Source: Laetmonice hystrix (Eukaryota). From it: a stretch of 64,000 nucleotides of DNA. Shown here piece by piece: positions 55,838-64,000 of the stretch (positions within the stretch are counted from its first letter, which is position 1; the number at the start of each line of letters is the position of its first letter). The translations under genes and the position numbers were made by a program. The notes beneath the pieces were generated by a model. That model did not search any database. It saw only the letters and a list, made by a program, of their open reading frames with translations, and was not told the DNA's origin. The stretch is from NCBI GenBank assembly GCA_965235115.1, contig OZ249436.1:49230001-49294000 (forward strand). Direction: 5' to 3'.

Positions 55838-58800
55838 TTTTCACATGCTGAGCTTATTGTTTTAGTACCTTGATTGATACTTGTATGACTGTATCAGACA
55901 TGTGTTGATATCCTGATAGATGATAGTTTTAATGAGGTTTAAAACGTTCTGTGTACTTTATGTATGGTACCTTGATCAAATGCTTACAACAATTTTCTAT
56001 ATATTTCCACATATTGATTTGAGTTCATGTTTTTTTCAGGTTATAAGATGCCGGTTGTCCATTCAGTAGGAGGTGTAGAAAAGATGGCTGCTGGTGAGTT
56101 GAATGGTTGGTCAGTTGCTCGGACGGTCGGATGGGTTGCCTTTCGGGTTGGTTTTTAGGTTTGTCGGGTGGATCGATGGGTTTCAGGGTGGGTGTGTGGT
56201 CAGATGGGTGGCCGGTTGGGCGGGTTGTCTGGTCGGGGGGGGTGGTCCGCTGGGTACTCTGGTGGACATGTGGTAATGTGGGGTTTTGGGTGTGTGGGTG
56301 GGTGTGTGGAGCAGTGTGCCTATGCGTGCCAATCTGCGTGCCGTCCTGCCTGGCCAATCCCCTGCTTTCCTGCGTGCCTGCTTTCACTACCTGGCCGCCT
56401 GCCTGCCTGCCTTACCGCCTGCTTGACTGCCTGCCTGTCTGCGATCGTTCCTTCCTGCCTGTCTGTCTGCCTTACTACCTGCCTGCCTTCCTGCTCGGTA
56501 ATCTGTGTGTCTGTCTACCTGCTGGCCTGTCTTTCAGCTTGCCTACCTGTCGGTATACCCTCTTGCTTGAATGTCTACTGTTCACCTTAGTGCTTATCTT
56601 CCAGTCTGTCGTTGAGGACGTCAATTATACGATTATCAAAGAGTGTTTTACACTGTTGATTCTTTCACTCCTTTGGGATGTAGTATTTTCATATGTTGAA
56701 GGTTGAGTGTCTTCATGTCCATGGTTTAGTTTAAGTTAAGCATAAGTAGTTTAAGTTTAGTTTAAGTTAAGTACATTGTATAAGTTTTAACATCTTAAGT
56801 TGGCTAAGTCTCAATAATAAAATGCCAATTCTTTGATCTCTTGTGTTTCTTGGAATGCTGGAATGAATTTGAAACGCCATGTAATATTGCATTCCTTGAG
56901 AAAGGTGTGTTGGTTTGCTTTCAAGTAACTACCCCGGTAGGCCTACTGCAGCAGATTAGGGGCTGTGGATGTTGGAGTGGGTTGAGGTTTAACTCATGTA
57001 TGATATTTGCATCGTGTACCTACACTGATTATTTCATTGTTTTTGTATACATGTCGTATTCTCATATGTCGAAAGTTGATTGTGTCCATGTTTGAAATAC
57101 TGTCTGTGTTTTATCTTCTATGGTTGATCGTTTCTTGCTTCATACTTTTCATGTCGTTTAAGTTATGTATAAGTTAGGTTCATCTTAGTTAAATAGTATA
57201 CCGGGTAAGTTGACGAAGTCTCAATTAATGAAGTGTCAATTGTTTGATCTCTCGTGATGTTTGAATCAATGTGTATCACACAATTGTGTGTATCATAGTT
57301 TAATGTATAGCTTGTGATTTGCTTTTAAGTTTTGAATGTAAGTCTGAATGTGTTAGTGGAAGACTCTTTGAACGTGTGAAAATAAGAGGTTCTGTGGCCT
57401 CTTCAAGGATTTCAAGGGTGCCAACGTGCTCAGGTATAAACACAAAATCGCTGACAAAAACTGGTACGTCAGTATAACAATAAAGACACAAACCAAGGGT
57501 GTCAACATGACTCGGGTTTAAACATGAAATCACTGAAAAAAAAACTGGTGAATGAGTATAAAAATACAAACCAAGGGTGCCAACGTGCTCGTGTTAAAAC
57601 AGAAATCCTGACAAAAACTGGTACATCACTATAACAATAACGACACAAACCAAGGGGTTAAACATGAGATCGCTGAAAAAACCTAGTGAATGAGTATAAC
57701 AATAAAGACACAAACCAAGGGTGCCAACATACTCAGGTTAAACATGAAATCGCCGACAAAAACTGGTGCATCAGTATAACAATAAAAAGGCACAAATCAA
57801 GCATGTCAACATGCTCAGGTTTAAACACGAAATCGCTGACAAACTGGTGCATACATAAAAACAATAAAAAGACACAAACCTGGGGTGCCTAGGGTGCCAA
57901 CATGAAAAATAACCTACGGGTTCAAATGTTTGAATGAGTATGTGTTTGTCTTTATGTTCCTTTTGTGTTCAAATGTCGAGTGGGCAAGGCTTGGCCCATG
58001 TATGAACAATGGGTTTATTATCGATTTTCATTGATTTTGTATGTGATATTGATTTTCATTGATTTTGTATGTGATACTTTCACATGCATGTAATACTTTC
58101 ACATGCTTAACATTGTTCGGGTCCGTGTTTAAAACAATGTATTAGTTTTGAGTTATCACTAAGATCTTTTTAAGTTGCTCATTTTATGATCAAAATGTCT
58201 ATTGCTTGATCTCTTGATTCCAACAGAGGTTATGAGATAAACAAAAGGTGTAGCATGATAAAAATCCAGAATTGGCACAAAGGTCTTACAATAGGCAAAG
58301 GAATGAAACGGGTGACACAAGAAATAACCGATGAAGAATTGGTACAATCGAGCAAAAATAATAGTACCGGTATACTAGTATTGGGTTTTAGCAAACGTTA
58401 CAGCACAGCAGCCAGGTGCTGCAGAATGAATATCAAAACAACAAAATGTAAAGAGTCAAACGCCAAAAGAAAGACAACATCAATACCAAACTGACTTGGG
58501 GTAGGAAAAGAAGTTTCACAAATAATATGATACTGTCACAAAAATGAGATTTTGTTCCAAACATGACTGTTGACAGGGTGGTAAAACTGGTCTATAACAA
58601 ATTGCATGTCGTTAATTATATATGCCAATTAATTTTACTTGGTTGTATGTTTATTATTGCTTGTTTTAATGGTATGATGTATTTTTAAGTTTAATAATCT
58701 TGTATGATACTTGCATCAGTTACTGTGCATGACCATGTTGATTTGATATTTTCACATGCTGAGCTTGTTTTAGTTTTAATACCTTGTTTGATACTTGTAT

Positions 58801-61800
58801 GACTGTATTAGACATGTGTTGATATCCGATAGATGATAGTTTTAATGATGTTTAAAACGTTCTGTGTACTTGTTCTTATGTTATGTATGGTACCTTGATC
58901 AAATGCTTACAACAATTTTGTATAAATTTCCACATATTGATTTGAGTTCATGTTTTTTTTTCAGGTTATAAGATGCCGGTTGAATGGTTGGTCGGTTGCT
59001 CTTGCTCGGACGGTCGGATGGGTTGCCTTTCGGGTTGGTTTTTAGGTTTGTCCGGTGGATCGATGGGTTTCAGGGTGGGTGTGTGGTCAGATGGGTGGCC
59101 GGTTGGGCGGGTTGTCTGGTCGGGGGGGTGGTCCGCTGGGTACTCTGGTGGACATGTGGTAATGTGGGGTTTTGGGTGGGTGGGTGGGTGTGTGGAGCGG
59201 TGTGCCTATGCGTGCCAATCTGCGTGCCGTCCTGCCTGGCCAATCCCCTGCTTTCCTGCGTGCCTGCTTTCACTACCTGGCCGCCTGCCTGCCTGCCTTA
59301 CCGCCTGCTTGACTGCCTGCCTGTCTGCGATCGTTCCTTCCTGCCTGTCTGTCTGCCTTACTACCTGCCTGCCTTCCTGCTCGGTAATCTGTGTGTCTGT
59401 CTACCTGCTGGCCTGTCTTTCAGCTTGCCTACCTGTCGGTATACCCTCTTGCTTGAATGTCTACTGTTCACCTTAGTGCTTATCTTCCTGTCTGTTGTCG
59501 TTGAGGACGTCAATTATACGATTATCAAAGAGTGTTCTACACTGTTGATTCTTTCACTCCTTTAGGATGTAGTATTTTCATATGTTGAAGGTTGAGTGTC
59601 TTCATGTCCATGGTTTAGTTTAAGTTAAGCATAAGTAGTTTAAGTTTAGTTTAAGTTAAGTACATTGTATAAGTTTTAACATCTTAAGTTGGCTAAGTCT
59701 CAATAATAAAATGCCAATTGTTTGATCTCTTGTGTTTCTTGGAATGCTGGAATGAATTTGAAACGCCATGTAACATTGCATTCCTTGAGAAAGGTGTGTT
59801 GGTTTGCTTTCAAGTAACTAGGCCTACTGCAGCAGATTAGGGGCTGTGGATGTTGGAGTGGGTTGAGGTTTAACTCATGTATGATATTTGCATTGTGTAC
59901 CTACACTGATTATTTCATTGTTTTTGTATACATGTCGTATTCTCATATGTCGAAAGTTGATTGTGTCCATGTTTGAAATACTGTCTGTGTTTTATCTTCT
60001 ATGGTTGATCGTTTCTTGCTTCATACTTTTCATGTCGTTTAAGTTATGTATAAGTTAGGTTCATCTTAGTTAAATAGTATACCGGGTAAGTTGACGAAGT
60101 CTCAATTAATGAAGTGTCAATTGTTTGATCTCTCGTGATGTTTGAATCAATGTGTATCACACAATTGTGTGTATCATAGTTTAATGTATAGCTTGTGATT
60201 TGCTTTTAAGTTTTGAATGTAAGTCTGAATGTGTTAGTGGAAGACTCTTTGAACGTGTGAAAATAAGAGGTTCTGTGGCCTCTTCAAGGATTTCAAGGGT
60301 GCCAACGTGCTCAGGTATAAACACAAAATCGCTGACAAAAACTGGTACGTCAGTATAACAATAAAGACACAAACCAAGGGTGTCAACATGACTCAGGTTT
60401 AAACATGAAATCACTGAAAAAAAACTGGTGAATGAGTATAAAAATACAAACCAAGGGTGCCAACGTGCTCGTGTTAAAACAGAAATCCTGACAAAAACTG
60501 GTACATCACTATAACAATAACGACACAAACCAAGGGGTTAAACATGAGATCGCTGAAAAAACCTAGTGAATGAGTATAACAATAAAGACACAAACAAAGG
60601 GTGCCAACATACTCAGGTTTAAGCATGAAATCGCCGACAAAAACTGGTGCATCAGTATAACAATAAAAAGGCACAAATCAAGCATGTCAACATGCTCAGG
60701 TTTAAACACGAAATCGCTGACAAACTGGTGCATACATAAAAACAATAAAAAGACACAAACCTGGGGTGCCTAGGGTGCCAACATGAAAAATAACCTACGG
60801 GTTCAAATGTTTGAATGAGTATGTGTTTGTCTTTATGTTCCTTTTGTGTTCAAATGTCGAGTGGGCAAGGTTTGGCCCATGTATGAACAATGGGTTTATT
60901 ATCGATTTTCATTGATTTTGTATGTGATATTGATTTTCATTGATTTTGTATGTGATACTTTCACATGCATGTGATACTTTCACATGCTTAACATTGTTCG
61001 GGTCCGTGTTTAAAACAATGTATTAGTTTTGAGTTATTACTAAGATCTTTTTAAGTTGCTCATTTTATGATCAAAATGTCTATTGCTTGATCTCTTGATT
61101 CCAACAGAGGTTATGAGATAAACAAAAGGTGTAGCATGATAAAAATCCAGAATTGGCACAAAGGTCTTACAATAGGCAAAGGAATGAAACGGGTGACACA
61201 AGAAATAACCGATGAAGAATTGGTACAATCGAGGAAAAATAATAGTACCGGTATACTAGTATTGGGTTTTAGCAAACGTTACAGCACAGCAGCCAGGTGC
61301 TGCAGAATGAATATCAAAACAACAAAATGTAAAGAGTCAAACGCCAAAAGAAAGACAACATCAATACCAAACTGACTTGGGGTAGGAAAAGAAGTTTCAC
61401 AAATAATATGATACTGTCACAAAAATGAGATTTTGTTCCAAACATGACTGTTGACAGGGTGGTAAAACTGGTCTATAACAAATTGCATGTCGTTAATTAT
61501 ATATGCCAATTAATTTTACTTGGTTGTATGTTTATTATTGCTTGTTTTAATGGTATGATGTATTTTTAAGTTTAATAATCTTGTATGATACTTGCATCAG
61601 TTACTGTGCATGACCATGTTGATTTGATATTTTCACATGCTGAGCTTGTTTTAGTTTTAATACCTTGTTTGATACTTGTATGACTGTATTAGACATGTGT
61701 TGATATCCGATAGATGATAGTTTTACTGATGTTTAAAACGTTCTGTGTACTTGTTCTTATGTTATGTATGGTACCTTGATCAAATGCTTACAACAATTTT

Positions 61801-64000
61801 GTATAAATTTCCACATATTGATTTGAGTTCATGTTTTTTTTTCAGGTTATAAGATGCCGGTTGAATGGTTGGTCGGTTGCTCTTGCTCGGACGGTCGGAT
61901 GGGTTGCCTTTCGGGTTGGTTTTTAGGTTTGTCCGGTGGATCGATGGGTTTCAGGGTGGGTGTGTGGTCAGATGGGTGGCCGGTTGGGCGGGTTGTCTGG
62001 TCGGGGGGGTGGTCCGCTGGGTACTCTGGTGGACATGTGGTAATGTGGGGTTTTGGGTGGGTGGGTGGGTGTGTGGAGCGGTGTGCCTATGCGTGCCAAT
62101 CTGCGTGCCGTCCTGCCTGGCCAATCCCCTGCTTTCCTGCGTGCCTGCTTTCACTACCTGGCCGCCTGCCTGCCTGCCTTACCGCCTGCTTGACTGCCTG
62201 CCTGTCTGCGATCGTTCCTTCCTGCCTGTCTGTCTGCCTTACTACCTGCCTGCCTTCCTGCTCGGTAATCTGTGTGTCTGTCTACCTGCTGGCCTGTCTT
62301 TCAGCTTGCCTACCTGTCGGTATACCCTCTTGCTTGAATGTCTACTGTTCACCTTAGTGCTTATCTTCCTGTCTGTTGTCGTTGAGGACGTCAATTATAC
62401 GATTATCAAAGAGTGTTCTACACTGTTGATTCTTTCACTCCTTTAGGATGTAGTATTTTCATATGTTGAAGGTTGAGTGTCTTCATGTCCATGGTTTAGT
62501 TTAAGTTAAGCATAAGTAGTTTAAGTTTAGTTTAAGTTAAGTACATTGTATAAGTTTTAACATCTTAAGTTGGCTAAGTCTCAATAATAAAATGCCAATT
62601 GTTTGATCTCTTGTGTTTCTTGGAATGCTGGAATGAATTTGAAACGCCATGTAACATTGCATTCCTTGAGAAAGGTGTGTTGGTTTGCTTTCAAGTAACT
62701 AGGCCTACTGCAGCAGATTAGGGGCTGTGGATGTTGGAGTGGGTTGAGGTTTAACTCATGTATGATATTTGCATTGTGTACCTACACTGATTATTTCATT
62801 GTTTTTGTATACATGTCGTATTCTCATATGTCGAAAGTTGATTGTGTCCATGTTTGAAATACTGTCTGTGTTTTATCTTCTATGGTTGATCGTTTCTTGC
62901 TTCATACTTTTCATGTCGTTTAAGTTATGTATAAGTTAGGTTCATCTTAGTTAAATAGTATACCGGGTAAGTTGACGAAGTCTCAATTAATGAAGTGTCA
63001 ATTGTTTGATCTCTCGTGATGTTTGAATCAATGTGTATCACACAATTGTGTGTATCATAGTTTAATGTATAGCTTGTGATTTGCTTTTAAGTTTTGAATG
63101 TAAGTCTGAATGTGTTAGTGGAAGACTCTTTGAACGTGTGAAAATAAGAGGTTCTGTGGCCTCTTCAAGGATTTCAAGGGTGCCAACGTGCTCAGGTATA
63201 AACACAAAATCGCTGACAAAAACTGGTACGTCAGTATAACAATAAAGACACAAACCAAGGGTGTCAACATGACTCAGGTTTAAACATGAAATCACTGAAA
63301 AAAAACTGGTGAATGAGTATAAAAATACAAACCAAGGGTGCCAACGTGCTCGTGTTAAAACAGAAATCCTGACAAAAACTGGTACATCACTATAACAATA
63401 ACGACACAAACCAAGGGGTTAAACATGAGATCGCTGAAAAAACCTAGTGAATGAGTATAACAATAAAGACACAAACAAAGGGTGCCAACATACTCAGGTT
63501 TAAGCATGAAATCGCCGACAAAAACTGGTGCATCAGTATAACAATAAAAAGGCACAAATCAAGCATGTCAACATGCTCAGGTTTAAACACGAAATCGCTG
63601 ACAAACTGGTGCATACATAAAAACAATAAAAAGACACAAACCTGGGGTGCCTAGGGTGCCAACATGAAAAATAACCTACGGGTTCAAATGTTTGAATGAG
63701 TATGTGTTTGTCTTTATGTTCCTTTTGTGTTCAAATGTCGAGTGGGCAAGGTTTGGCCCATGTATGAACAATGGGTTTATTATCGATTTTCATTGATTTT
63801 GTATGTGATATTGATTTTCATTGATTTTGTATGTGATACTTTCACATGCATGTGATACTTTCACATGCTTAACATTGTTCGGGTCCGTGTTTAAAACAAT
63901 GTATTAGTTTTGAGTTATTACTAAGATCTTTTTAAGTTGCTCATTTTATGATCAAAATGTCTATTGCTTGATCTCTTGATTCCAACAGAGGTTATGAGAT
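55838..64000. repeat. Tandem macro-repeat, unit ~2881 bp, ~2.8 copies in the window, continuing off the right edge
   Basis: ttttcacatgctgagctt starts at ~55838, ~58749 and ~61630. ORF-track entries recur at an offset of 2881 (57300/60181/63062; 58973/61854). Each unit contains GGGT/GCCT low-complexity tracts and a ~80-bp minisatellite. Confidence 0.97.

Noticed and set aside
56025..62446. Cys/Leu/Pro-rich ORFs of 120-199 aa
   Set aside because: They derive from GCCT/GGGT low-complexity tracts that are open in several frames, and show no domain motifs.

Overview
Animal genomic DNA with spliceosomal introns, probably a marine invertebrate; the species cannot be determined from the sequence. 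Four host genes can be assembled with GT-AG exons: DDX49/DBP8 (+), an SLC35A4-like nucleotide-sugar transporter (+), RPS17 (+, with two U104/snR58-like C/D snoRNAs in intron 2) and DDX21/DDX50 (-). At the left edge, a Tx1/L1-type non-LTR retrotransposon ORF2 is preceded on the same strand by an intronless NADAR (YbiA-like) domain. It sits in the ORF1 position and is the best candidate for an undescribed system. A ~5.8-kb ISL2EU-type DNA transposon (THAP-DDE transposase plus a convergent SWIM-YqaJ gene) is inserted in a 44-bp satellite. The window also holds many MITEs and minisatellites, a triplicated splice acceptor in DDX21, and a ~2.88-kb tandem macro-repeat filling the last 8 kb. All exon boundaries were read by eye.
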